Shown piece after piece: positions 48,229-56,961 of a DNA stretch of 63,957 nucleotides. The position numbers were made by a program, and so were the translations under genes. This DNA is from Dehalococcoidia bacterium. GTDB taxonomy: Bacteria > Chloroflexota > Dehalococcoidia > UBA2979. Numbering within the stretch: the stretch's first letter is position 1; each line of letters begins with the position of its first letter. Below the pieces are notes generated by a model, which searched no databases, was not told where the DNA came from, and saw only the letters and a program-made list of their open reading frames with translations. Where the stretch lies: positions 1-63,957 of the forward strand of contig SHYR01000004.1 of the NCBI GenBank assembly GCA_009692705.1, given 5' to 3'.

Positions 48229-49182
48229 CTAGACGCGCTTGCGATCGACGGCGCGGCGCGCGGCGGCGACGATGCGCTCCGGTGTGAGGCCCATCAGATC
48301 CATCACCTCCGCAGAGGTGCCGGACTCGCCGTAGCGGTCATCGACGGCCACGAACTCCATTGGCACCGGGTGGCTGGAGGCGAGCGCCTGCGCGCAGAGC
48401 GCGCCGAGCCCGCTGTGCGCCAGGTGCTCCTCGGCGACCACGATCGCGCCGGTCTCGGCGGCGGCGCGCTCCAGCGCGGGGAGGTCCAGCGGGCGGACCG
48501 TCGCCATGTTCAGCACGCGCGCCTGCACGCCCGCGCCGGCCAGCGTCTGCGCCGCCGCCAGCGCGCGCTCCACCATCAGCCCGCAGGCGATGATCGAGAC
48601 GTCGCGCCCCTCGCGCAGGGTGTTGGCCTTGCCCACCTCGAAACGGGCGCCGTCGGTGTAGATCACGCTGCTCTTGGGGCGCGAGGTGCGGATGTAGAAC
48701 GGTCCCGGCGTGCGTGCCGCGGCCTCCACCGCGGCCGCCGCCTCCACCACGTCGCACGGCACGATCACGCGGAAGCCGACCAGCGAGCACATCAGCGCGA
48801 GATCCTCGATCGACTGCGCGGAGGCGCCGTCCTCGCCGGTCGAGACGCCGCCGTGCGAGGCGACCAGCTTGACGTTGAGGTGCGGCTGCGCCACCGACAT
48901 GCGCAGCTGGTCGAAGGCGTGCTCGGCGAAGACCGCGAAGGTGCTCGCGAACACCACGTGCCCCATCGATGCCAGGCCCGCTGCGACAGAGATCAGGTTC
49001 TGCTCCGCGACGCCGAAGGTGAAGAAGCGCTCCGGAAACGCGTCGCCGAACTGCCGCGCCGAGGTCGACTTGCCGAGGTCCGCGTCCACGACCACGAGGT
49101 CGAGGCCCTCGCGGCGCAGCTTGATCAGCGTCGGGCCGAGCGCCTCGCGGGTGGCGGCGGGCGCGCGGTTGGTGGTGGTCAT
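48229..49182 (-). CDS. Transketolase, C-terminal subunit (pyrimidine-binding plus C-terminal domains)
   Basis: Contains DADLGKSTS, FFTFGVAEQNLISVAAGLA, SHGGVSTGEDGASAQSIEDLA, and VVAEEH. Confidence 0.88.
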   Translation of the reverse strand: MTTTNRAPAATREALGPTLIKLRREGLDLVVVDADLGKSTSARQFGDAFPERFFTFGVAEQNLISVAAGLASMGHVVFASTFAVFAEHAFDQLRMSVAQPHLNVKLVASHGGVSTGEDGASAQSIEDLALMCSLVGFRVIVPCDVVEAAAAVEAAARTPGPFYIRTSRPKSSVIYTDGARFEVGKANTLREGRDVSIIACGLMVERALAAAQTLAGAGVQARVLNMATVRPLDLPALERAAAETGAIVVAEEHLAHSGLGALCAQALASSHPVPMEFVAVDDRYGESGTSAEVMDLMGLTPERIVAAARRAVDRKRV

Positions 49183-49192
49183 CGCCGGCCGC

Positions 49193-50032
49193 TCACGACC
49201 CGTCCGCGCCGTCCGCCAGCTCGCGCATCGCCTGCTCGAACTGCTCGGGCGTGGGCGGCGCGCCGTGGAAGGCGGGGTTGGACTGCATGAAGGAGACGCC
49301 CTTGCCCTTGATGGTGTCGAAGATCACGCAGGTGGGCTGTCCGCGCACGTCGCGCGCCCAGCGCAGCGCCTCGACGATGGCGTCGAGGTCGTGGCCGTCG
49401 ACGCCGGCCCGCACGGTCCAGCCGAAGGCGCGGTACTTCTCGTCCAGCGGCTCCGTGGACATCGTTTTGGCGGTGAAGTCGTCGTTTTGGATGCCGTTGC
49501 GGTCGATCAGCGCCACCAGTCCGCCGGCGCGGTGGTGCGCGGCGGCCATCGCCGCTTCCCACACTTGGCCCTCGTCCTGCTCGCCGTCGCCCATCAGCAC
49601 GTAGCTGTGGATGTCGAGGCCCTGCACGCGCGCGGCGAGCTGGATGCCGAGCCCGAACGAGAGCCCCATGCCGAGCGAACCGGCGGAGTTCTCGGCCCCG
49701 GGCGGCCGGCCGAGCACGGAGTGCCCCTGCAGGCGCGAGCCGGCGCGACGGAAGGTGGCCAGCTCCTCGACCGGCAGGTAGCCGAACTCCGCCAGCACCG
49801 CGTACTGCACGGGCGTGCAGTGGCCCTTGCTCATCACGAAGCGGTCGCGCGCCGGCCAGTCCGGGCGCTGGGGGTCGTGCCGCAGCACGCTCGCGTACAG
49901 CACCGTGAGGATGTCGGTGGCGGAGAGCGAGCCGCCGATGTGGCCGGACTTCGCCTCGAATACCATACGGACCACGTGACGCCGGATTCGCCGCGCGAGC
50001 GCGTGGAGATCGACTGGCGTCTGTGTGACCAA
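49193..50032 (-). CDS. Transketolase, N-terminal subunit (TPP-binding)
   Basis: Contains SGHIGGSLSATDIL, FVMSKGH, and MGDGEQDEGQVWEA (GDG...E). The TTG at 50032 follows GGGAG plus 5 nt. The alternative start is ATG 50104. Confidence 0.8.
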   Translation of the reverse strand: MVTQTPVDLHALARRIRRHVVRMVFEAKSGHIGGSLSATDILTVLYASVLRHDPQRPDWPARDRFVMSKGHCTPVQYAVLAEFGYLPVEELATFRRAGSRLQGHSVLGRPPGAENSAGSLGMGLSFGLGIQLAARVQGLDIHSYVLMGDGEQDEGQVWEAAMAAAHHRAGGLVALIDRNGIQNDDFTAKTMSTEPLDEKYRAFGWTVRAGVDGHDLDAIVEALRWARDVRGQPTCVIFDTIKGKGVSFMQSNPAFHGAPPTPEQFEQAMRELADGADGS

Positions 50033-50172
50033 CGGTGCTCCCGTAGCGCTGCCGTGGGGGGCGCGGCACCGGGAGTATACGTTCCGCCGCGCCGGCGAGT
50101 CCATGCGAGTGCGGGAACGCGCGCGCAGGCGAGCCGCGGCCATCGCGCAAGCGGGGCGGCGGCGCCCTCACG

Positions 50173-50379
50173 CTACCTCGCCGGCGCTCCGCAGGCGCTG
50201 TAGCCGCAGATCGGGCAGAGGTGGCAGCCCTCACCGAACACCAGCGGCCCCGCACAGTCCGGGCAGCGCGGGCCGTGGGTCGCGATGCGGCGCAGGCGAC
50301 TGGCGGCCTCCTCCGGCGCGGAGGCCGCGGACGGCGTGGCCGCGGGGGCGAACAGCAGGGTCGAGTGGATCGAGGGCAT
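50173..50379 (-). CDS. 68-aa zinc-ribbon micro-protein (CPDC...CHLCPICGYSAC)
   Basis: Four-Cys ribbon RCPDCAGPLVFGEGCHLCPICGYSAC. AGGA lies 7 nt before ATG 50379, and a strong promoter-like sequence lies upstream. From memory, the ribbon resembles the C-terminal tail of class II ribonucleotide reductases. Confidence 0.5.
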   Translation of the reverse strand: MPSIHSTLLFAPAATPSAASAPEEAASRLRRIATHGPRCPDCAGPLVFGEGCHLCPICGYSACGAPAR

Positions 50380-50435
50380 GGCATGGTCCTGTCGGAACAT
50401 ACGTTCTATACGTATACATTCTAAGTAAGTCTCAG

Positions 50436-50463
50436 CCTATAGAAGCACATCAGTTCTAGTCAA
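50436..50463 (-). promoter_or_regulatory. Candidate promoter TTGACT-N16-TATAGG inside a ~37% GC island
   Basis: On the minus strand, the -35 box is at 50458-63 and the -10 box at 50436-41. It reads toward the zinc-ribbon ORF and the split transketolase genes. Confidence 0.45.
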
Positions 50464-50526
50464 GCCCTCGCCTGTCCTGGGTGCAGCCGCCCGGCGCGCA
50501 CCGGGGACGCGGGCTACGATGCTGCC

Positions 50527-50703
50527 ATGTCGAGCCTGCTTCGGCTGCTGCTCTACGGCTCGTTGGCGCTGGTGGTTGCATACCTGGTGATCTCGCCGCG
50601 GCAGTGGCGGCGCTTTGGCCGCCGCGCCCGCATGGTGGGCTACGCCTACGTTGTCGCCGTGCTGCTGTCGGCGCTGCTACGACTGCTGCTCTGGCAGGGC
50701 TGA
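50527..50703 (+). CDS. 58-aa two-TM micro-protein (below the ORF-track length cutoff)
   Basis: Product MSSLLRLLLYGSLALVVAYLVISPRQWRRFGRRARMVGYAYVVAVLLSALLRLLLWQG. A TACGAT box lies 6 nt before the ATG. The stop lies 4 nt before the glxK GTG. Confidence 0.4.
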   Translation: MSSLLRLLLYGSLALVVAYLVISPRQWRRFGRRARMVGYAYVVAVLLSALLRLLLWQG

Positions 50704-50707
50704 GCGC

Positions 50708-51871
50708 GTGGCAGCGCCGGAGCCGGCGCGCACGCTGCGCGTGCTGGTCTGCCCGCAGGAGTTCAAGGGTTCACTCACCGCCGCCGAGGCCGCGCGGGCG
50801 ATCGCCGAGGGCGTGCGCCGCGCGCTGCCCGATGCCGCGATCGAGCAGCTGCCGATGGCCGATGGCGGTCCCGGCACGCTCGACATCGCCTGCGCGGCCG
50901 CGCACGGCGAGCTGGTCGAGGGGCGCGCAAGCGGCCCGCTCGGGGAGCCGCTGCGCGCGCGCTGGGCGCTGCTGCCGGGCGGGCGCGCGCTGGCGGAGGC
51001 CGCCGCGACGGCCGGGCTGCTGCTCACGCCCGAGCGGGAGCGCGATCCCGCGCGAGCGTCGACGCGCGGCGTCGGCGAGCAGATCGCGCAGGCGTTACGC
51101 CGCGGCGTGCGCGAGATCGTGACCGGCGTCGGCGGCACCGGCACGAACGACGGCGGCGCGGGGGCGCTGGCGGCGCTCGGCTACCGGATCCTCGACGCCG
51201 CCGGGGCAGCGCTCGGTCCGGGCGGGCTGGCGCTGGCGCGGCTCGCGCGCATTGACGCGAGCGCCGCCACGCGCTTCGGCGCAGGCGCGCCCGTCGTGCG
51301 CGTCGCGGTCGATGTCACGAACCCGCTGCTCGGCCCGCACGGCGCCACGCTGCTCTACGGCCCGCAGAAGGGCGTCACGCCGCAGCTCGCGCCGCGACTG
51401 GAAGCGGCGCTGGCGCACTGGGCGGAGTGCTGCCGGCGCGACCTCGGGGTCGCGATCGCGGAGCTGGAGGGCGGGGGCGCGGGCGGCGGCCTGGCGGCTG
51501 GGCTGGCCGCGGCGGGCGCGACGATCGAGGGCGGCGCGGCGCTGGTGGGCGGCCTGATCGGGCTGCCGGCGCGCATCGCGGCCGCCGACCTGGTGGTGAC
51601 CGGCGAGGGCCGGCTCGACGCCCAGACCGCGTATGGCAAGAGCGTCGCCTACGTCGCCGCGCTCGCGCGGGAGGCGAGACGGCGCTGTGTCGCCGTCGCG
51701 GGCAGCATCGAGGCGTGGCCGGACGGGATCGCGGATGCGGAGGCCGCCGCGCCGGCGGCTCTGCCGCTCGCGCAGGCGATGCGGCGCGCGCCGGAGCTGG
51801 TGGCGGCGGCGGCGGAGCGCCTGGCACGGCGCGCGGCCGGCGGCATCGACGCCCGGGGGACGCGCCCGTAG
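50708..51871 (+). CDS. glxK: Glycerate kinase
   Basis: GTG at 50708. Contains VLVCPQEFKGSLTA, LPMADGGPGT, GVGGTGTNDGGAG, LLGPHGATLLYGPQKG, and VVTGEGRLDAQT. Confidence 0.8.
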   Translation: MAAPEPARTLRVLVCPQEFKGSLTAAEAARAIAEGVRRALPDAAIEQLPMADGGPGTLDIACAAAHGELVEGRASGPLGEPLRARWALLPGGRALAEAAATAGLLLTPERERDPARASTRGVGEQIAQALRRGVREIVTGVGGTGTNDGGAGALAALGYRILDAAGAALGPGGLALARLARIDASAATRFGAGAPVVRVAVDVTNPLLGPHGATLLYGPQKGVTPQLAPRLEAALAHWAECCRRDLGVAIAELEGGGAGGGLAAGLAAAGATIEGGAALVGGLIGLPARIAAADLVVTGEGRLDAQTAYGKSVAYVAALAREARRRCVAVAGSIEAWPDGIADAEAAAPAALPLAQAMRRAPELVAAAAERLARRAAGGIDARGTRP

Positions 51872-51933
51872 ACTCCGCCTGCGCCGCGCGGCGCGCAGCG
51901 AGGGGCACCGCCCGTGGCGACCGCAGGCGGCGC

Positions 51934-52512
51934 ATGACGCCACCACACCCGCGCAGCGGCCTCGACTGGAACAGTCTGCTGGAGGCCGGGCGAGAGCGCG
52001 CCGGCGGCGAGCTCGTCAGCTCGCACGGCGGCAACCTCTCGCTGCGGCGAGCGGGCGGCGGTGCGCTGGTCACCACCACCGGCGCGATGCTCGGGCGGTT
52101 GTCCCCGGAGCGCTTGGTCGCCGTCGGCGCGCAGGGGCGGTCGGAGGAGGCCGGCGCGCCCGCGCCCTCCTCCGACACCGCGATCCACCTCGCCGTCTAC
52201 GCCGCGCACGCGCAGGCAGGCGCGATCGTGCACGTCCACCCGGTGCACGCCATCGCGCGCTCGCTGGCGGAAGGCGCGGACGCGATCGAGCCGGCCAACC
52301 TCGAAGGCCAGCTCTTCCTGAAGCGTGTGCCCGTGCTGGACGTGGCCTGGGAGCGCTCCGCCGAGCCGGTGGCGCGCGCCCTGCGCGACGCGCCGGTGGT
52401 AGTGGTGCGGGGCCACGGTTCCTACGCCCGCGGCGTGGACGTGTGGGACGCGCTGCGCGTGACCTCGGCGCTGGAGGAGGCCGCGCGCATCCTCACGCTC
52501 GCCGGGCGCTAG
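51934..52512 (+). CDS. Class II aldolase/adducin-family protein
   Basis: Contains SSHGGNLSLR, PSSDTAIHLAVY, AIVHVHPVHA, and VVVRGHGSYA. Confidence 0.7.
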   Translation: MTPPHPRSGLDWNSLLEAGRERAGGELVSSHGGNLSLRRAGGGALVTTTGAMLGRLSPERLVAVGAQGRSEEAGAPAPSSDTAIHLAVYAAHAQAGAIVHVHPVHAIARSLAEGADAIEPANLEGQLFLKRVPVLDVAWERSAEPVARALRDAPVVVVRGHGSYARGVDVWDALRVTSALEEAARILTLAGR

Positions 52513-52871
52513 TCGCGGCCCAGCGCCCGCAGCCGCTCGTCGTCGATCCCGAAGTGGTGCGCGAGCTCGTGGACCACGGTCGCGCGCACTTCGTCCGGGA
52601 TCGAGCGCGGATGGGTGTGCCGCTGCAGCGGGCCCTGGAAGATCACGATCCGGTCGGGCAGCGTCATGTGGTAGTCGGCGCGCGCGGTGAGCGGGGTCCC
52701 CACGTAGAGGCCGAACAGCGTCTCGCCATGCTCGAGGCCCGCGGCCTCGAGATCCGTCGCCGTGGGCTCGCGCCGCACCACCACCTCGAGGTTGCTGAGC
52801 CGCCGGCTGAACTCCGCGGGCAGGGTGGCCAGCGCGCGCAGCACCAGGCGGCGAAAGCGGTCGCGGTCCAC
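52509..52871 (-). CDS. Small zincin metallopeptidase-family protein (HELAHH)
   Basis: 120-aa protein containing LFGLYVG, IVIFQGPL, and VVHELAHHFGIDDERL. Confidence 0.7.
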   Translation of the reverse strand: MDRDRFRRLVLRALATLPAEFSRRLSNLEVVVRREPTATDLEAAGLEHGETLFGLYVGTPLTARADYHMTLPDRIVIFQGPLQRHTHPRSIPDEVRATVVHELAHHFGIDDERLRALGRD

Positions 52872-52910
52872 GGCTGGTGGTGGCTCGAGGCTGGCCGGCG
52901 GGGCCGGGCT

Positions 52911-53366
52911 TCAGTCCGGCTTCGCTGGCGAGAGCGCCCAGAGCGTGTGGTAGCCCTCGCCGAGGATCGCGCGCCGCTGCTCTTCACGCTCCAGCGTGAG
53001 CAGGCGCGCGTAGCACTGGTTGAGCTGCCGGAGCGCGTCGAAGGCGTCCATCGACGCCAGCCGCGCCCGCACCGTCTCCAGCACGCCGAGCTGCTCGAGC
53101 GCCGCGACCCGCAGCGGCCAGTTGATGACGTGGATGCGCTCCGGGCGCGCGAACTGCGGCCGGGCGGTCTGGATGCTCTGCAGCCGCTCCGCGATCGAGC
53201 GCGCCTCCGGCAGCAGCTGCATCAGCGGTCCAGCCAGCGAGTTGGCCCGGAAGTCCACCAGCAGGCGCTGCGTGATGCCGACGGTGGTGATGCGGATCAG
53301 CGCGTGGTCGAGCGAGCGCAGCGAGGCCTGTACCTGGCCGATGTCGAGGTCGATCGGGCCGTCCAC
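52911..53366 (-). CDS. Hypothetical protein (151 aa)
   Basis: Natural composition. No recognised motif. It is divergent from 53535..54008. Confidence 0.45.
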   Translation of the reverse strand: MDGPIDLDIGQVQASLRSLDHALIRITTVGITQRLLVDFRANSLAGPLMQLLPEARSIAERLQSIQTARPQFARPERIHVINWPLRVAALEQLGVLETVRARLASMDAFDALRQLNQCYARLLTLEREEQRRAILGEGYHTLWALSPAKPD

Positions 53367-53534
53367 GCGGAGAGTTTACACCCGGGGCCAGTCGCCCGTG
53401 CCGCCCCTCTGCCGGGACGCCGCAGCCCTGCCGATGATTCGGGGAGCAGGGTTTCCCCTGAGGCGCTTCGGGGCGCAGCCGCCCGCGCGTCGCCTGAATG
53501 GGCCGCACCCCGGAGGGCATTCTTGCCGCGCAGT

Positions 53535-54008
53535 GTGGACACCCCGCTCTCGAGCCTGATCGCCCGCTGGCGCTCGTGCGACTCGCTGTGCGCGCGCGTC
53601 GAGCAATCGATCGGGTGTGGCACCGGGTTGCGCAGGGGCGAGTGGGTGCTCGCGGAGCAGCCGATCGACGCGGCGGTGATCGCGGCCACCACGGAGCAGA
53701 TGCTGTCGTGGTGCTGCGAGTGCATCGCGGAGACACGCCGCCCGTACGGGATTGACCAAGTGGCGCTGGCGGTCGCGTGCGCTGAGCCGGCCGGCAGCCC
53801 GGTCGCCTCCGCCACCTTCGGGGTCTTCCGCCCGGTGGAGTTCTACCGCGCCGGCGGCGTCGCCGACCGGCTGGGCCTGTTCATGGACAGCCTGTGCGTG
53901 GAAGAGCTCAACCGCCGCCACTCGATCCGGTTCGCCGCGGCGTTCTTCTCGTGGGGCGATGTGGCGCGCGACACGATCTTCCGCGACCGGGACGACGCGT
54001 CGGCGTAG
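53535..54008 (+). CDS. Hypothetical Cys-rich protein (157 aa)
   Basis: GTG at 53535 within the tail of spurious ORF 51633..54008. Contains CDSLC, GCGTG, SWCCEC and SLCVEE. No family recognised. Confidence 0.4.
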   Translation: MDTPLSSLIARWRSCDSLCARVEQSIGCGTGLRRGEWVLAEQPIDAAVIAATTEQMLSWCCECIAETRRPYGIDQVALAVACAEPAGSPVASATFGVFRPVEFYRAGGVADRLGLFMDSLCVEELNRRHSIRFAAAFFSWGDVARDTIFRDRDDASA

Positions 54009-54032
54009 GGGGCGGCGAGGCCGGGGAAGCGG

Positions 54033-54260
54033 CTAGCGCTCCAGTGCGCGCATTGCGATCAACTCCGCGATCTGCTGCACCGGCCCGCCCTCCGCCGCGA
54101 GCGCCTGGCAGACTAGCAGCAACTCCGAGACCTCCAGCGCGCGGTGCGATGGCACTCCGGCGACCTGCAGCGCGCGGTGCACGACCGCCCGGGCGTCCGA
54201 GGCAGAGGTCACCGTGCCGACCGCGGTGGCGATCTCGTCCAGCGTCAACGTGCGTGGCAT
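54033..54260 (-). CDS. Hypothetical protein (75 aa)
   Basis: ATG at 54260 follows GGAAAGG. The product begins MPRTLTLDEIATAVGTVTSASDARAVVHRAL... Confidence 0.35.
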   Translation of the reverse strand: MPRTLTLDEIATAVGTVTSASDARAVVHRALQVAGVPSHRALEVSELLLVCQALAAEGGPVQQIAELIAMRALER

Positions 54261-54415
54261 CGCGGTGAGCCTTTCCGGAGCGCTCGCGCACTCCGCTCTG
54301 CCCGATTCTCGGCCGCGCACGGCGGCTGTCGCCTCGGGCGATCCCCTGATCGTGCACGCGCGGCACCCTGACGCAGGCGGGCGCCGCCCCCGCGAGCGCC
54401 GCGCACGGGGGCGCG

Positions 54416-55615
54416 TTGATCTCCCGGGGAGCCACACCCACAATCGGGCGCGTGGCCGGGCCCGTGCGCCACCCCCTCCGAGCAGCGCCGCCGCTGGCGC
54501 TGGCGCTGCTCGCCGTCTGCGCGCTGCTGCTCGCGGGCTGCCGGCGCGAGCCACAGCCGCCTGCCGGTTTCCAGCGCATCCCGCGCGAGGCAGCGGGCGC
54601 ACCGCGCGCCTACCAGATCGGCTTCTCGGCGCTGCCCGCGGAACTCACCGACGCCGCCTACCTGGCGAGCTTCGACCTCGCCGCGAACTACGGCGAGCTG
54701 CTGCTGATCCAGCGCGCGCCCGCCTGGGCAGACTTCATGCCGGGCCGCTCGCCCTCCGATCAGCTCAACGACGCCACGTTGCGGGAGCGCGCGGCGCTGC
54801 AGGAGCGCGGCCTCCAGCTGCTCTACGCGCTCGACCCCTTCGACCCGGCCGACCGCGGGCGGCTCGCCAGCCCACCGCCGGGGTACGCGAGCAAGCAGCT
54901 CTCCGACGGCGACCTGCGCCACGCCTACGTGCTGAACGCCCGCTACATCGCGCTCAACTACCGCCCCGCCTACATGGCGCTCGGCACCGAGGTGAACGCG
55001 ACCTTCGAGCGCGACCCGGCCGCCTACCGCGCGTTCGTGGAGGCGTACGCGGAGGTGTATCGCGCCGTGCGGGAGGCGAGCCCGGAGACGCGGGTGTTCG
55101 TGACCTTCCAGTACGAGCAGCTGCTCGGGATCGTGCCCTGGGAGCCGCCGCACGTGCCGCGCTGGGAGCTGCTGGACGACTTCGCCGGCCGGCTCGACCT
55201 GTTCGCGATCACCACCTTCCCGTCGTTCGTCTACCAGGTCGCGCGCAAGGTGCCGCCGCGCTACTACTCGCAGCTGCGCGAGCACAGCTCCGCGCCGGTC
55301 GCCTTCGCTGCCGCGGGCTACGCCTCCAGCGCGGGGCGCGACGGACTCAACTCCTCGACCGCCGCCGAGCAGCGGCGCTTCCTCCAGCGCCTGCTGCGGG
55401 ACGCCGACGAGCTGGGCGCGGCGCTGGTGGTGTGGTTCGCTGGGCGCGATCCGGCGTTCGCCACTCAGCCCCCGTACGACCTGCTCGCGAGCATCGGCCT
55501 GCGCACGGCGGACGACCGGCCGAAGGAGGGATGGCCGGTGTGGGAGGAGGCGGTGCGACGCCCCTTCGACCCCTCGACGCCCCCTGTGCCGCAGACCCCG
55601 CAGCCGGAGCAGTAG
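54416..55615 (+). CDS. Lipoprotein, possibly a TIM-barrel glycoside-hydrolase-like fold
   Basis: Signal peptide with lipobox ALLAVCALLLAGC. The mature part contains YMALGTEVN and ALVVWFAGRD. The true start may be GTG 54464. Confidence 0.55.
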   Translation: MISRGATPTIGRVAGPVRHPLRAAPPLALALLAVCALLLAGCRREPQPPAGFQRIPREAAGAPRAYQIGFSALPAELTDAAYLASFDLAANYGELLLIQRAPAWADFMPGRSPSDQLNDATLRERAALQERGLQLLYALDPFDPADRGRLASPPPGYASKQLSDGDLRHAYVLNARYIALNYRPAYMALGTEVNATFERDPAAYRAFVEAYAEVYRAVREASPETRVFVTFQYEQLLGIVPWEPPHVPRWELLDDFAGRLDLFAITTFPSFVYQVARKVPPRYYSQLREHSSAPVAFAAAGYASSAGRDGLNSSTAAEQRRFLQRLLRDADELGAALVVWFAGRDPAFATQPPYDLLASIGLRTADDRPKEGWPVWEEAVRRPFDPSTPPVPQTPQPEQ

Positions 55616-55694
55616 GGGCACGCGGGGGCGGCGCCGCGCTGCGCGCCCGCGCTCCGTTACGCTCGGTACCGGCACATCGCACATCGGCACACAG

Positions 55695-55738
55695 CAGGAG
55701 AGGCGCCACCGTCCGGGGTGGCGCCTCTCCTGTTACTT
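55695..55738. terminator. Strong bidirectional hairpin (16-bp perfect stem, 6-nt loop)
   Basis: CAGGAGAGGCGCCACC-gtccgg-GGTGGCGCCTCTCCTG followed by TTACTT. It lies between the convergent lipoprotein gene and the degraded gene. Confidence 0.6.
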
Positions 55739-55781
55739 CCCAACTCCGTTCGCCGCTGGGCGTGCGGCGCCGGCGTGCCGC

Positions 55782-56491
55782 CTAGTGGTGCGCCTGGTGG
55801 TTCCCCCCGGTCTGGATCTGGCCGGAGACGAGGCGACGATCGGGCCGCCTGCCCCCGGCCCTCGGACCACGAGCGAGATCGAGTCCAGCCGCCCGGGCTC
55901 GCCCGCATCCACCAGCGTCACCGTGATGATGTAGCCGTCGACGCCGTTCCAGCGCCCGCTGCCGATCAGCGTGAGCGTATCGAACGGCGCGGTCGGCGGC
56001 ACGGGGTTTACCGCCGGGTCGTCACGGCAGACCACGCTGCTGATCGCCTCCAGGTGGAAGCGGCTACGCGTGGCGTGATTGTTGTACTCGAGGTTGCCCC
56101 GGCTGCCGTCGCAGCGCAGCTCAAAGCCTCAGGTGTGCCGCTCCTGCGAGCGGCCGCTGCCGACGGTGATCGTCCCGCCGCCCGTCATGCGTGCCTCGGT
56201 CGCCACCTGGGTCATCGTCACCGGCTCGTCATCACAACCGCTGCTCGCCTGGTTGCCCGCTACCGCTGGATAGGACGGCATGCCTGGTCGCTGCGCGCCC
56301 TCTGGCGCGGCTACCTCGCGGGCTACGTCCTCAGCCTTGGCGACCGCCAGTCTAGATTCGTCGTCCTGGTCGGTGTTCCGCGATGCTCTACAAGAAGCCG
56401 TTTTGGCAATCTTGGTAGCCACGTACACGCGGGTCCGTTCGCTCGTGGGGGACTCTGCGGCCATGAACGTTTTCCCGACCGTTGACCTCAA
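55782..56491 (-). pseudogene. Degraded gene for a secreted-type protein (in-frame TGA at 56129-56131 plus a frameshift near 55815-55860)
   Basis: Read-through gives ...TGGGTITVGSGRSQERHT*GFELRCDGSRGNLEYNNHATRSRFHLEAISSVVCRDDPAVNPVPPTAPFDTLTLIGSGRWNGVDGYIITVTLVDAGEPGRLDSISLVV... The expected C-terminus LVSGQIQTGGNHQAHH* lies in another frame. Confidence 0.45.
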
Positions 56492-56932
56492 CGTGGCGTG
56501 CTACGCGGGTGGCGCCTATAGGCTGTTCGGCGTTGATGTCATCGCGAACGTTACCGAGCATACGCGCGGGGTCGTCTCGGCCGGTTCAGGGAGTCCGTTC
56601 GCCGAGCACGCAATCGCCATTTTCGACCATATTTCAACATATAAAGAGTGAGTAGATCACCGTTCACCAAGCCAAAATGCTCGCGTTCAGAATCGTCTGG
56701 GACACGGCCAAGACGCTGGCTACAACACGGCCGTCTGGGGGCCTGTACAGATGGCCGTTGTGACGCTTCGAGCAGGCGTGCCGAAGAGTGAACTCCTAGA
56801 GCAAGACGATCCGGTGCTCTCCGAGGCACTTGTCGGCTGGCGAGGCAACGAGCAGATCCAGTTCTCGAAACATGAGTCGCCGGGCACCGAGGACGCCTGA
56901 GGAGTTTTGCGCTTCCCTTTGTTGAAACGTCG

Positions 56933-56961
56933 TTGACACCGGAGCGGCCCGTAGCTACGCT
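56933..56961 (+). promoter_or_regulatory. Candidate rpoBC promoter TTGACA-N17-TACGCT
   Basis: The -35 box at 56933-38 is a perfect TTGACA. The -10 box is at 56956-61. The predicted 5' UTR of about 170 nt contains the hairpin TGGCGGC-gggcc-GCCGCCA. Confidence 0.45.

Noticed and set aside
56280-56900. Plus-strand ORFs 56280..56651 (123 aa) and 56751..56900 (49 aa) in the low-GC stretch upstream of rpoB.
   Set aside because: They overlap the N-terminal part of the degraded minus-strand gene or each other. They have no SD, promoter or motif support. They are mentioned in the finding rather than called as genes.
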